Counted from the stretch's first letter, positions 25,857-39,305 are shown. The stretch: 64,000 nucleotides of DNA from Eledone cirrhosa (GCA_964016885.1 OZ024742.1:49352001-49416000); one strand, 5' to 3'. Numbers and translations are program-made. Notes: a model not told the origin generated them from the sequence alone.

Positions 25857-28604
25857 TGCTACTGTACGTCTGTATACATATATGTATGTACGTATACATA
25901 CATACTTACATTTAAGTAAGTGCCATACTAAGAGTGAGAAATGAAATTTCGTTTTCATTTTTTTTCAACTTATATATATATATATATATATATATATGCA
26001 TATATATGTGTGTGTATGCGTGTATGCACGTAAACATCAGACATTTTTCTACTATGAAAGACAACATTGTCTTCCTTGTTTATCTTTCTGGTCTCTTTGT
26101 TGTTTTGCTTATCAGATAAGTTGAGTTAGTCTGTTATAATGGGGAATCAGTGATAGATGTATGCGTGTGGATGTATACATGTATATGTGCATAATGAATG
26201 TGTAATGTATGTAAATGTGTGGATGTATGTTTGCATGTATGTATATATAGATATGTATAAATCTGTATCTACCTATGCATATAAGTATTTTTTTATGTTA
26301 GTATTTTAGTTATCCTATGAAATTGTCTGCATCTGCTTACTCACCAATATCTTATGGCTCCTATACACATACCTACCTATACACAAACTGCCACAAAAAC
26401 AAGTGCAGTAGGAACATACTCATGTTTGTGTATATATATATACACACTGATATAACACCTCCTCCTATCTATATCTTTACTATTTCTCTACCATCAGTAG
26501 AAGTTCTCTTATTACACTATACACACTGATATTCTAACCATTTGTCTATCTCCTTTGTAGTAGTTTAACCCTATATATACTAACCTCTTAAATGTTCCCT
26601 TTAACACAATACCATTTTAAAAACATTAACTACTAACATTAACGAAATACTGTCTTACTTTACACATTTAGGATTGTTGTTAGACATTTTTAGTTTCACA
26701 GATCTTTTACAAAGAAATTGCAAGAATCACAAAAGTGTTTAAAATTTTTTTATATTTGTTTCTTTTCAACACTTTGTTTGTTTCTTTCTTTATTTATTTA
26801 TTTCTCTTTATTCCCTTCTTTCTCTCATGTGTGTGTGTATGTGTACCCAAATATGTAGAATATATCAGCAACCTCTACCATTGGTACACCAATGATACTA
26901 GTCCAGACAGTGTGTGAAAATGCTCTCTGGCATGGAGAACACCAGGCAGAAGCTACCTTATGGTCCCAGTAGAGGACAGCATAGAAAAAGAGGATACCAA
27001 GGGAGGGGTGTTGAAATACTCATTCAAAGTCACAAGGCTCACACATATGGGTAGCCAAATCTACCCTGAAACAGTGATTAGGGAGGTGGTTTGTGGGACA
27101 CAGAATATCCAAGTCTCCACTACTACATATTTAACAAGACTCTAATTCACTTAATGGGACTCACGCCTGTGGGTCGTCAACACCTCTCCACAACAGTTAG
27201 TAGGGAGGTGGTTCAAGGGTGCAGAACCCCAAATCTCACCACTGTTATTGGTTTAACATGAGTCCCATTTCCTTTAAGTGGCTCACTTCTATGGGTGGAC
27301 AATTCTGCCCTGATGACAGTGAGGTGTGTTTCAGGGACCCACAATGCCAAAGGTTTCCACCACACTATGAGAAAGCAGCTGATATTTCAACAGTATATAG
27401 TAGTTTAAACCTATGTACTACTACACCAGCCTGTCACATCTCTTTAACATAATACCATTTTCAAAACATCACTTAACTGTTCTGTATCTCTTTAGAGTTT
27501 GCTTTCATATTTTCTTTTAATTCTTGTTGTTTGTTGTTTGTACACTTTTTTACTATTTATTCATTCAGTATCTTATCCTCCCACCCATTCTTCTCTTCTT
27601 CAATTTCTTCCTCCATGACCCCATCTCTTCTCTCTTTCTTTCTTTCAAGTCACATCCCCCTCCACCACTCCAGCTGTAAAGATGTATGTCTGTACTTTGT
27701 TCAAAACAATTCAACATTAAAGCAGGGCTATACTAGTTGTTTAGATAGATGCCATTATCATCTCTGAATCTGGGTGGCGAGACAGTGTGATGTGCTGGTG
27801 GTGGTGGTGGTGGGTTGGTCTTGCTAGTGGATTCCAAAAATTTACAATATTTTCACTGCATCTTCTTAATCTAAAGATAATTGGCCAGTGCTAGTTATAA
27901 TTATGCTTTACAAAATAATGGATAACATTTTTGTTAAACATATAATGTTTCTTGGACATAAAAATATTTCTTGTTATATTTACGCACACAGACAAATATT
28001 GATTTTATTAGAAGGCTACAGCAATTCAAATGGGACATTAAATGTTAAAACTAATGATTACAAAGATGCTGGAATGTTATCATGGAGTTCTTTAGTATTC
28101 CTTATATTTCAGGATAAAATCCCTTCATCAAGAGAAAAATTGATGAAGCTAACTAAAAGCAGGCTATTCTGTGTTATTCTTATGCTGCCATTTTGAATTT
28201 GAAAGTGGTGGTTAGTTTCTTCAAGTCTTCTTTTGAAATAAATGTCTCATTTGCTTTACTGTGGCCTTCTAATAAAACACTAATTTCTACACTCTAGAAA
28301 AGGCTGAAGAAAACTACAACACCCACATATATATTGACTTCTCATTTAAACACAAGGACAGCAAATTTGGTGGAAAGGCAAAGTTGATTAAATCAACCAA
28401 TTTACATGAGGTGTAATTTATTTTATCAGCTTTAGAAGGATGAAAAGCAAAGTTGACCTCAGACACACAAATGCATATCTGTATATATGAATGCATAATC
28501 TTATAGAAGTGACAGAACAACAGAATGTTAGAATAATGTTAAACATAAAGACTTGGTTGAAACTAAACCAAACTATATATGTGTGTGAGTATGTGTGTGT
28601 CTAT

Positions 28605-28830
28605 TTCATTTTACGTCCGCTTTTTCCCTGCTTGCAAGGGTGGGATGGGAACTGATTCTGGCTTTATTTCTACAGCAGGATGCCCTTCCTAACACCAACC
28701 TCATTTATAGTGAGTGCTGGGTCCTTTTTTGCCGTGGCACCTCCACGACCACTTTGCATTTCTACAGCTGAGTAAACTGGAGAATATGAAATAAAGTGTC
28801 TTGCTCAAGGAAACAACACATCACCGGGTT
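28605..28830 (-). mobile_element. SINE family A, 5'-truncated
   Basis: Same body and tail as 62095-62420. Confidence 0.8.
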
Positions 28831-29683
28831 TGAAATATTTACTACATACAAATATATATATATATTTGTATGTAGTAAATATTGTGAAAAAGGAAAAAGG
28901 ATAACTGCTCAATCAGAGATGAGAGCTAATATATTATTTTATTTATTTATGTTCATACATGTAATAAAAGTGCTACCTAAGATTTCAAGGCCCTGAAGAT
29001 TAAGTCACAAATTTGATCGCTCTTACAATCTGGAGATTGCTTTGGTTCTGTGTATGAACATTAATAAATATTATATATATATATATATATAACATACCCC
29101 CACTTACAACAACAAAGCTAGCTAATTATTTTTATTGTGTGCATAAGATGGGAAGTGGAAAGATGCTGTGAAAGTCGGTCAACTTAGTTATAATATTGTA
29201 CTGTATGAATGTCTAAATGACTAGATGGAAAACACAAATAGCATTGCGAATGCTTAAGGTAGAAAGTGAAGCATAATCCTAAAACTTGCAATCTTCAAAT
29301 TGAACATAATTCTGAATGAAAAAAGGAGTAGAAAACAGGCACAGAAAATGGTAAGAGTTAGGAGACAGAAAATGAAATCAAAACAAGGATATGTCCCTTT
29401 CAATCTTACTTTAGATAAATATATATCCTATGTGTCACTTACAATACTCTGGGAAAATCTTTCTAATTCTACTGATAAAAACAATATTCTCAACATCTGT
29501 AAAACCTCCTACTTGTCTGCCAACATAAATATATTTCATTTATTTGTATTGTTTTACTTTCGGTCTTTTTTCTTTTTCAACAAATTCCAATCACAATATT
29601 TTACCATTCTTGTCATAGCAGAAGAGTGGCAAACCAGAGAAATAGTTATCAATAATTCAAGCTTTAGTTTCTGCTAAATACAA

Positions 29684-29738
<55 letters not shown>

Positions 29739-29896
29739 AATAATCAAGCAAAGTGAAGCAAGATCTTTACATCAACAATGCCAAAATTACTTCATGTTAC
29801 TTATTATATAGAGTATGTTTTCTCAGCTCCTTGAAGCATTTTGGATGCCTAATCAAATCACAATAAAGTATTCTCTACATTGCACACACATCCACT

Positions 29897-30510
29897 CTAA
29901 TAATAATAATTTTTATTATTTGTAGCATTGGTACAAGGCCAGAAATTTGGGTTTAGGGAAAAGTCGATTATATCAATCCCAGTGCTTGACTGGTATTTTA
30001 TCGATTTCAAAAGGATGAAAGGCAAAGTTGACCTTGGTGGGATTTCAACACAGAAAATAGTGCCAGGCATTTTTCTAACAATCTTAGAACTCTGACAATG
30101 AACTGACCTAACTAAAATAATAACAATAATGGTTTCTAATTTAGGCACTAATCCAACAATTTTGAAAAGATAGGATATTCGAATATATCAACCAAACTCA
30201 GAAGAATTAAAAGCAAAGTTGACCTTGGTGGGATTTGAACTCAGAACGTCTACTAATTCTGCTAGTTCTCAACTGCTAATAATAAAGGTTTCTGATTTAG
30301 GCAAAAGACCAGCAAATTTTGAGGGAGGAGAAAGTCGATTAATTCAACTCCATTGCATTATCGGTGCTTTATTTTATTGACCCCATAAGGATGAAAGGTA
30401 AAGTTAACATTGGTGGGATTTGAACTCACAGTAAAGGGCCGTAAATCTATGCTGCAAAGCTTGGAGCAACCCTCTGCCAATCCACTACCCTTTTAACTGT
30501 CAATAATAAT
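29897..30510 (-). mobile_element. Cluster of three tandem SINE family B copies
   Basis: aaaggcaaagttgacc...gggatttgaactc motifs repeated at ~30020, ~30215 and ~30395, separated by (AAT)n tails. Confidence 0.75.
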
Positions 30511-30629
30511 AATACAATATTCAGTTATATATACATCTGTAAGTGTGTGGGGTATGTGTTTGTATACATAAACACAGTCAAGTGCATGTATGTGTCTCTT
30601 TCCATATCTTTTTCTTCTTTTCCCCCCAT

Positions 30630-30850
30630 TCCTGGTAGGATCACAGAGGCAGAGTCCTTAAACATTCCTTGAAGAGGGTTCTATCAGAAGTTACCTTCTT
30701 CAAATGATCTGGCTGGAGCACCAAGTGAGACCAACTGAACTCATGAATGTTGCCTAACCATCTTGCCTACCCCTGGGTCTCCTGCCAGTTGGCTTTGCAC
30801 TTAAAATTTGTCCTGCAATTTTTTCCTTAGATACTCTAACCACATGTCTA
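30630..30850 (-). pseudogene. RTE (Expander/Rex3-like) C-terminal fragment
   Basis: Minus translation HVVRVSKEKIAGQILSAKPTGRRPRGR. Confidence 0.7.
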
Positions 30851-32071
30851 TAGTATAGGTATGTATATATGTACATATAATACATGTGGAAAGGTTTGCA
30901 AATATGTTGGTGAATTAGACTCAGTGCTATAAATCAGACTATACATCTGCATAATGATGTACATAAATGCAGTTTGATTTGTAAGGTCCACCTAAACAGA
31001 GACAAGTACCTTATAGACTTAAAGAGCCACTGTCAAAAACACCTTTTTAATAGTTATCTTTTGATGAAGCTATTTATCACAAAATATAAAGAACTGCAAA
31101 GTATCATCCTAACATCATTGTTATCATTATATTTTTAACAATTACTGTCCAGTGCACAATGTGGTAGCCTTTAATCAAAACCTATTTTCTCCTAACATAT
31201 AAAAAAAACACACTCAGAAAATCAAATCCAACTTCGAACCTAAGCCGGGTATAAACTAAACACCTAAACTCGAACTCAGACACTATATTATTGTTAAACC
31301 AGCCACCAATCCACACTCTTATTTTCCTGTTCAACCAACCACAGGCCTACATCCATATATTCTTTAAATAAAACTTTAATCTGCACCAGTTACTGATATG
31401 TAGAAAACAATATATATGTGCATGTGTATGTTTGAGTGTATGAATTTTATTTTATTCATATATTTTTGGTTGGTCACTAAATTTTATTGTTTTCTGTAAT
31501 ACATTTCGTCAGGTTTAGGTATAAACATGAAAAAAACACTAAAAATACAAAAGATAATTTTCAATGAAGTATTTTTTATACCATTACAACCCTAGATGAT
31601 ATAATGATAAAACACTTTAGCTTTATATGTATTTAAAACCATAGAGAAAACAATAACTAACAACAATGTTTGGACAATGTCATCATGAAAGACTGAAATG
31701 GAAATAAATAAAGAATTATTGCTATTTTTTTAATGTTAAAAATCTTTTCCAAACATTACAATACAAGCTCCTGTTTTCTACAATAGCCTTATTAGATTTT
31801 GAATTTATGTTATTCTTTCCTGGGTCTTTTTTTTTTTTTTTTTGAGTTTACAAATATTACATTTATAGAACTTGTTGTCTGTATGTGTGTGTGTAGAGCC
31901 AGGTGTGTCTAAGGGTGCAAACATTATATGTTATAATGTAATTCTTTAGTCTGGTAATAATTCTGATTTTAAAAAATGAGGACCTTTTATCTCGGAAAAA
32001 AATTACATTTTTTTAAATTTTGCATATTGTTATCATAGAGAAGGACAGGTCTAGATAAATTATAGTAATGG

Positions 32072-32129
<58 letters not shown>

Positions 32130-32410
32130 TGTTTCTACGTTAGGCACAAGGCGAGCAATTACCCAGTGTATTACTGGTACTTTATTTTATCGACCCCGTA
32201 AGGATGAAAGGCAAAGTTAACCTCAAATGGTTCCTTATTTAAGCACAAAGCAAGAAATTCTTATAAGAGAGGAAAATTAATTATATCAACCTTAGTACTT
32301 GACTGGTACTTTATTGATCCAGGCCAGATGAAAGGCAACGATAATTTTAGCAGGTTTAGATATCAGAACAAAAATAATTTTGTCTAACATCATTACGATT
32401 CTGTCAATCC
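32130..32410 (-). mobile_element. Two SINE family B copies with (AAT)n tail
   Basis: actggtactttattttatcgaccccgtaaggatgaaaggcaaagttaacctc plus a second diverged copy. Confidence 0.75.
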
Positions 32411-32762
32411 TATAATAAAGAAATAATACAAGTAAGATAATGATATATAAAATATAAAAAAATAAGAAAATTAACTTTTTTCAGTTTTTAGTATCCTCTA
32501 AATTGTTACTGAACATTGCGAGAATAATTCAACTAATTCTAAAAATATTAAATCATCTACCTTGTTTGAACACTTAAATAACAGAAGTTATATTAATAGG
32601 AAATTGGTTAAAATATCACTTCATAGCTTTAGTTTATGAAATAAAGATTTAAAATAATAATTTCAAGAATATTATTAAATTCTGCTAATTCTGTATTTAA
32701 TTTATTTTATTATTTTATTATCATTTTATTATATTCTTACATTATTTTTTTTTGTCTTTTAG

Positions 32763-32818
32763 GTAAGTTCCCATCATGTTTCTGTTTCTCCTGAAACTAT
32801 CATCTCTGATTCAATCAG
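32763..32818 (+). other. Candidate 56-nt exon beginning with a donor consensus (possible recursive splice site)
   Basis: More than 60 nt AG-free T-rich tract, then ttttag|GTAAGT ... tcag|GTAAGA. Confidence 0.5.
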
Positions 32819-33119
32819 GTAAGACAAAATTATTATTCTGTGAAAAATGGTTGTTTTGGAAGCCTCTACAATGCAGATGGGTAAATCTCCAGGTAACAAA
32901 GTCAGGTGGCAGGAGGAAGAAGGGAAAGTAGAAAGAAAAAAAAACGTTAAAAAAAACCAGAGATGGATTTACCTTGGAAGAGATATATTTGTCCCTATGT
33001 TTGGGATTTTTCTGTGAATTTTCATATTGTTCCAGTGAACTTGTCTGAAAATAGGTATCAAAGATGCCAGGCTATTACAGACTGGTATCGTTGGTACCTA
33101 TTTTCAGACAAGTGAGGCT

Positions 33120-33260
33120 ATATGTGGGACCCATTTTCAGTCGAATGAACTGAGGCAATATGAAGTGATGTACATTGCTCAAGAACACAACATGACACCT
33201 GGTCTAGAAATCAAACATATAGGCTTATGGTCAGACCCCCAACACTTTAACCAATAGGCT
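33120..33260 (-). mobile_element. Degenerate SINE family A head
   Basis: gctcaagaacacaac...ctggtctagaaatcaaac...taaccaataggc. Confidence 0.55.
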
Positions 33261-36200
33261 TTCACTTTATATTCAGAAGAAACACTTTAAGATCTAATTG
33301 AAATTGTAGTTGATTTGTCTACTTTGAAGAAAACAATTGTTGTCACTTTGGCTTGGCTCTATACTCTGTTGTAAAATTTAAGTATTCATACTATATCACA
33401 ACACATTTTTAGAATATTGTAGAAAAATGATAAAGTCTTGCATGTTGGTGTAATTGACATTATCATTAATGGAATTGGAATGAGAACAAACTATAACTCA
33501 AGTAATAAATAAATATATAGAAAAATTAATATAAAAAAGTGACATAAACCATCAATTGTAAAAAAAAAAAAAAAATGAGAACAGAAACTGATTTCTTCCA
33601 CTCAAAACTTTGGCTTGTACTCAATCGAAGAAATTGGGCAGATTTTATCAATTGATGTTTCACCACAACTATGGCAGAAAGCCAGCCTTCAGGTGTCTAT
33701 ATCTTCAGCAGGTAGTTTTCTCTGCCAGAAAATATGGCCAAAGCTCTTGTTTGTAAGATTAATTCCATAACAAAAGAACTAGTAGTAGTTTTACACTGTC
33801 TAAAGATTTTAGTGGGCTCGTGTTTATATTGTTTGATTCTTTTATATTTTTTTATATTTAACTTAATGATCTTGCTTTCTCACACCTTTGCTTTCTGGAG
33901 TTTTTATAATTTAATCATACTTAGCACCTATTTCATCTGCCTACTCACACATATAGCTAGTATTAACAATGGAGGGTTGTTCTGACATTCACTTTCAATA
34001 CTCGAAAGAACATCTGTTAAAAATTCATTTCTAGACCAATATAAACATTCACACATACATCATGACAGTTGTCTGATGGCAAAATTATATGACTGGTACT
34101 TTAATTTGTCAACCTCAGAGAGATGAAAAGTAAAGTATACCTCAGCATGATTAGAAATCATAAAATGAAGATCTAGAACACATATTGCTAAACATTTGTC
34201 TGACGCTCTAATAACTTGCTAGTCCACATACTTGTCACAGACATCATGAGACCAGTTCCTTACATTTGCATAAGGACATAAATTTCATGTTCTCAGTACA
34301 AATAACTGTACACAATTTTTAACTCTAGAATTTGAATAAAACTTCCATGTTTTCTTATTTAATTGCTATACACCAGCCTATACTTTGTAACCACCAAACA
34401 TTCAAACAAATAGGCATTCTTGCAATTTTTTCTGAAAGTAGAGTACAGCATGTGTTTACAGGAACATTTGTTTCTTAAATGATCGAGGGATTGAACAACA
34501 CATTTGTTTTTTACTCTAGAAATAATTCTTACATTGTTATACACTTAACACATTTTCAAACTATGTTCTAATATATTGCTATAACTACAGTGATAATTGC
34601 TATACCAGCTGTTTATTCATTTTTGTTGTATTCCTTTACATTTCTACACCTCAGATTTCGCTAGAAATTACCTGTCTAAATATGAAACAATATAATCAAC
34701 CATAGTCTTAAAGATGGTGCTTCAATATGGTTACAGTCTAATGACAAAAGACAGTAAAATAATTTTTTAATAATTAAACTGATCTATGTATATGACTGTT
34801 ATATATTTTATTGACGATGGATGAAAAGCAATGTTGCTTCTCGTAGGGTTTGAACTCAGAGTGTTGAGAGATGAAATTAAATATTGTAAAATACTTACTC
34901 TGGCAATTTATGATAGCAAAACAAACTTCTTAACAACTCAATCTTGGCTGTTCCATGTATTATGTTTTAATTATAATTTATCTAATCAGTTTTTACACTT
35001 GTTAGAAGGGCTGTTATGGTTAAATCTGTGAAACATCTGGGAAAGATGGTTGGTTTAGACAGCTCACCACCTCCAAAACAAAACAGATACAAAAACAGAA
35101 GATGAAACAGCAAAACGTACCCACCTTCCATAGCAATTAATACATTATGCCATGCAAAAACTAACTTACAAAATAATATCTGTACCCTGTCAGGAGATAG
35201 TGCATAGTGCCTATGCCATGATAAAACACCCAGTCAATACTGTAAGGTGGTAGTAATGATGCTCCAATAAAAAGGTCAGTCAGCATTGTAAGGTGGTAGT
35301 GCTGGTGCCATGTCAAAAAGCACCAGGTCCACCCTGTAATATGGTAGTTTAGATACAATAGAATGATCCCAGTATACACTATAAAAGGGTTGACATTTAG
35401 AAGTCATCAAGCCATAGAAATTAAGCCAAAAAGAGTGTCTAGAAGACATGGTTACCTGACCAATCTGGCTTCATAACACGAGAGCCTATCTCACTCAAGC
35501 AAGCATGAATAATAGGTATAATGTTGATGATGCTAATGGTGATGAAATTGATATTAATTATAACTTTCATTAAAATATTGCTTGTGGCATTAATGCAATT
35601 TGAGCCAGGAAACTCTCAGATCTAAGCAAGATATTTTAGCAGCTGGCTGACAGAAATCTGGAAATAATTTCAAAATTGTCTGAGATAATCATGTTTGTAT
35701 ATGATGTAATGTCATATGATTAAGTAGACTTCACATTAGTTTTGTAGACAGAAAAACTAAAACAGGTTGACATAGTAATGAACCAGAAATATATATGCAC
35801 ATACGTGTGGACATACATATACACATACATGTGTGCACATACACACATACATGCTTATACATGCAACAGACATTAGCACACATACACACAATCACATGCA
35901 CACACACTCACACACTTACAAAAACCTATGCAGACACACACTAGTTCGGTAAACAGGCATGGTATGGTTTTGGTACAGAAAAAAATTCATAGGAAGAGTT
36001 AAAATAAATATTTAACTTCCCCACCCTCTCCTCTCTCTCTCTCTCTCTTTCCTCCTCCCCTGTTCTCTCTCATACATACACACTGAGCCAAAGAGAATGC
36101 CTCTATATTGGGGCTTGACCTACTAGAGGAAGTAACCAATTTCCTTCAAATTATACTCTACCTTTGTAAGAAAAAAAAACGATACATAAACATAAATTAA

Positions 36201-36466
36201 TGTATTAGAAGGAAATTCACACAGTAACATAAGAAAAACAGACAGCTGCATTTTTACCTCATCGATCACTTTGCTTGCATATAAGTTTGTGAAATATGGT
36301 GGTAATGCACTTGTGATGGTGTATGTCTTTATAATATACAGGTACAGCTGAGGAATGCAACTTGAAGGTGATTATAGAATAATGGTCTTAGTCTGAAAAT
36401 TTACAGAGAATATGTAGTAGTTTGTGTATCAACAACAATATAAAAATTATTAGTGTTGATAATTAT

Positions 36467-36508
<42 letters not shown>

Positions 36509-36509
<1 letters not shown>

Positions 36510-37292
36510 CTAGCCGAATTATCCGCATATTTGGTAAGAAAATGAGGATTGATTTTAAATCAGTGATATAATTTATGGAGAAAAACTCTGTATTTCAATA
36601 TTACTCAATGTAAAATGTAATGCATGAAAAATTGGAAAAAATTATTGTTTGTAATATATCAAATCAAAATTACATTATTAAATCTTATTCTTATTTTGTT
36701 TCTTGTAAATAATTTTTTTCAAAATATCAATTCAAAACTTGTGTGAATAGGCATCATATCTTGTCATTTACCTATGGTTTAAATTTCATATAAATCGAAG
36801 GGAAAACATTTCAGTGGGGATTTTGTGCCCCCAGGGAACCCTTTGGTTAACATGAAATATACTTATCCAAGTACCCTGGGCAATGTAGTTTCAGAATATA
36901 TATAGTTATTGGGGTCTATCTCCAAAACTATAGGAGGAGATCGTGAAATCTTGTTCCATATTGGCCAAAATTTTCACTATTGGGGGTTTAACCCCCATTA
37001 GGGTGTCTTAATATTATTGAAATTTGCTGAAATTTCGTGAATAGGCATCATATCTTGTCATTTACCTATGGTTTAAATTTCATATAAATTGAAGGGAAAA
37101 TATCTTCAGCGGGGGTTTGTGCCCCCGAGGAACACTTTGTTTAAAATGAAACATAGTTATCCAAGTACCCTGGGCAATGTAGTTTCAGAATATCGGGGTC
37201 TATCTCCAAAATCATATATATATATATATCAAAACCATAGGAGTAATTCGTAAACAAACAAACAAACAGACAGACAGGAATACAACTTTATA
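36509..37292 (+). mobile_element. Possible non-autonomous Helitron/Helentron (Lep1/DINE-1-like) with ~294-bp internal duplication
   Basis: 5' actagccgaattatccgc. Duplicated gtgaataggcatcatatcttgtcatttacctatgg at 36743 and 37037. 3' acaaacaaacagacagacagg...ctttatatat. Confidence 0.5.
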
Positions 37293-37469
37293 TATATATG
37301 GTTTTGGAGATAGACCCGATAACCATATATATTCTGAAAGAAACAATGCAGTTGCTTATAAGAGTTGAAATTATTGCATGCAAGATTTCAAAGGTCTAGC
37401 ACCACTCCCTTATAGTCAGATTATGAACGTTTCAACTGACCCTGTTTGTATTATATTATACAGTGTGTA

Positions 37470-37660
37470 TGGCAGTGGATTGGCAGTATCGGTAGAGGGA
37501 GGGCCGCCATGCTTTGCAGCATAGAGTTACGGCCCGTTACGAGCTGAGCTCCAATCCCGACGAGGTTAACTTTGCCTTTCATTCTTACGGGGTCGATAAA
37601 ATAAAGCACCAATAATGCACTGGGATGATTTCTTGCCTTGTGCAAAAAGTAGAAACACTT
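37470..37660 (+). mobile_element. SINE family B
   Basis: Same A/B boxes and CORE-like segment. Confidence 0.85.
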
Positions 37661-37878
37661 ATGTATACATATGATATTTATATCATGTAAACCTATATAT
37701 CTCAAGGAGACAACAAACAGGGGCACAAAAGTCTTGTTAATTTCATAGTTTATATTGGAAAGAGGATAAAAGTTTGACGTGATGGGCTTAAGCACTTCTT
37801 GAGGAGTACAAATAGAAACGAGATCAATATGGAGAAACATACATATATATATATACATATTATATGTATGATTTATAA

Positions 37879-37933
<55 letters not shown>

Positions 37934-37958
37934 TGTAATAAACAACATAAGGTAATTA

Positions 37959-38019
37959 TTTCATTTACCAGTGGTTTCTTGAAAGCAAACAAATTTTGCT
38001 TTCAATCATCAGAATGAAA
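37959..38019 (-). ncRNA. Canonical type I hammerhead (inverted copy)
   Basis: Reverse complement of 38098-38158. Confidence 0.9.
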
Positions 38020-38097
38020 AAAAACCTGGTGTATTTATTGACATTGGATTTTAAAAACCGGTTTTTAAAATCCAATGTCAATAAATACACCAGGTTT

Positions 38098-38158
38098 TTT
38101 CATTCTGATGATTGAAAGCAAAATTTGTTTGCTTTCAAGAAACCACTGGTAAATGAAA
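38098..38158 (+). ncRNA. Canonical type I hammerhead
   Basis: TTTCATT CTGATGA TTGAAAGCAAA ATTTG TTTGCTTTCAA GAAA CC ACT GG TA AATGAAA: 7-bp stem I, 11-bp stem II, GUA triplet. Confidence 0.9.
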
Positions 38159-38416
38159 TAATTACCTTATGTTGTTTATTACATAACTATTAAGCTCTGT
38201 AACCTACATAGAGCACTCTTTTTTCCTGGACCTTTCCAATGGAATTACTTCATTTACACACACACATATATATATATATAGGAAAAAGTATGACCCTGTC
38301 GATACGGCTTGAGCTCTGCCGTCGGGGTCATATTTTTCCGATTTCCCTCTCTACTACCCTAAGTATTGAGTACTCTGGTGCGTTATGGTCCATCTGGCTC
38401 CTTACCACAATATCTT

Positions 38417-38489
<73 letters not shown>

Positions 38490-38499
38490 AGTAAGTAAG

Positions 38500-38594
38500 A
38501 CCCCGACGGCTGAGCTCAAGCCGTTTCGACGACTAATTCTGTACTGAATGAAAAATCAGTTCTGGTATTTAAGTAGCCGAACTTGTCAAGGGGC
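38500..38594 (-). ncRNA. Type I hammerhead, U3-A8 core (inverted copy)
   Basis: Reverse complement of 39306-39400 with one C>T in stem II that gives a G-U pair. Confidence 0.8.
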
Positions 38595-38677
38595 AATTCC
38601 ATATATGGTCAAAGAGATAATCACCAGGATTGGTCATCCCACAAGGTAGTAGTAATTCTGCGATGGCTTACTCATTT

Positions 38678-38980
38678 ATGTATTTCTTGTGGAATATTAT
38701 TTACGTATTTCTTATTTACTTATGTGGAATATTACTTATGTATTTCTTATTTACTTATGTGGAATATTATTTACGTATTTCTTATTTACTTATGTGGAAT
38801 ATTACTTATGTATTTCTTATTTACTTATGTGGAATATTATTCATGTATTTCTTATTTACTTATGTGGAATATTCTTTATGTATTTCTTATTTACTTATGT
38901 GGAATATTATTTTTGTATTTCTTAGTTACTTATGTGGAATATTATTTATGTATTTCTTATTTACTTATTTATGTATTTCT
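38678..38980. repeat. 35-bp minisatellite, ~8 copies
   Basis: Unit tatttcttatttacttatgtggaatattacttatg. Confidence 0.92.
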
Positions 38981-39305
38981 TCAGCCTAGCAATAGCGAGA
39001 GAATTAAGTCTTAGTAACCAGATTCTGCTTATATTTCTTTTCTCTCTCAGTACCTTTTACAGTTTTACATTTTCATCGTTCTACTCACCGTTTTGACCTC
39101 CTCCCCCTCCCCGGCGTCCTCTTTGACCTCACACCCAGCTGTAGCTGGCACCACCAACGCATGAATGGGTCTACTCCACCCCCTCTCCCCTTTTCTCCTA
39201 CTGGCAGGTTTGGCTACCTCCCCCACCAACTTGCCATCGCAGAAATACTACTACCTTGTGGGATGACCAATCCTGGTGATTATCTCTTTGACCATATATG
39301 GAATT

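Larger units (their letters stand above)
24349..25972. mobile_element. Non-coding 529-bp-unit element: partial tandem on minus strand joined head-to-head (25120/25121) to partial tandem on plus strand
   Basis: gtaagtatg at 24351 and 24880 (period 529). Sequence from 25121 is the reverse complement of the left block. The unit has an internal (TA)n and the whole structure is flanked by (TA)n. Confidence 0.88.
37927..38190. repeat. Near-perfect ~264-bp palindrome (centre 38059/38060) with a hammerhead in each arm; plus-strand copy continues to ~38255
   Basis: Arms are reverse complements except for a 2-nt difference in an A-run. Centre ...ttttaaaaaccggtttttaaaa... Confidence 0.93.

Noticed and set aside
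38583-39014. Three overlapping repetitive hydrophobic ORFs and a CRISPR-like periodicity
   Set aside because: A contiguous 35-bp minisatellite with no spacers and no cas genes, in a eukaryotic context.
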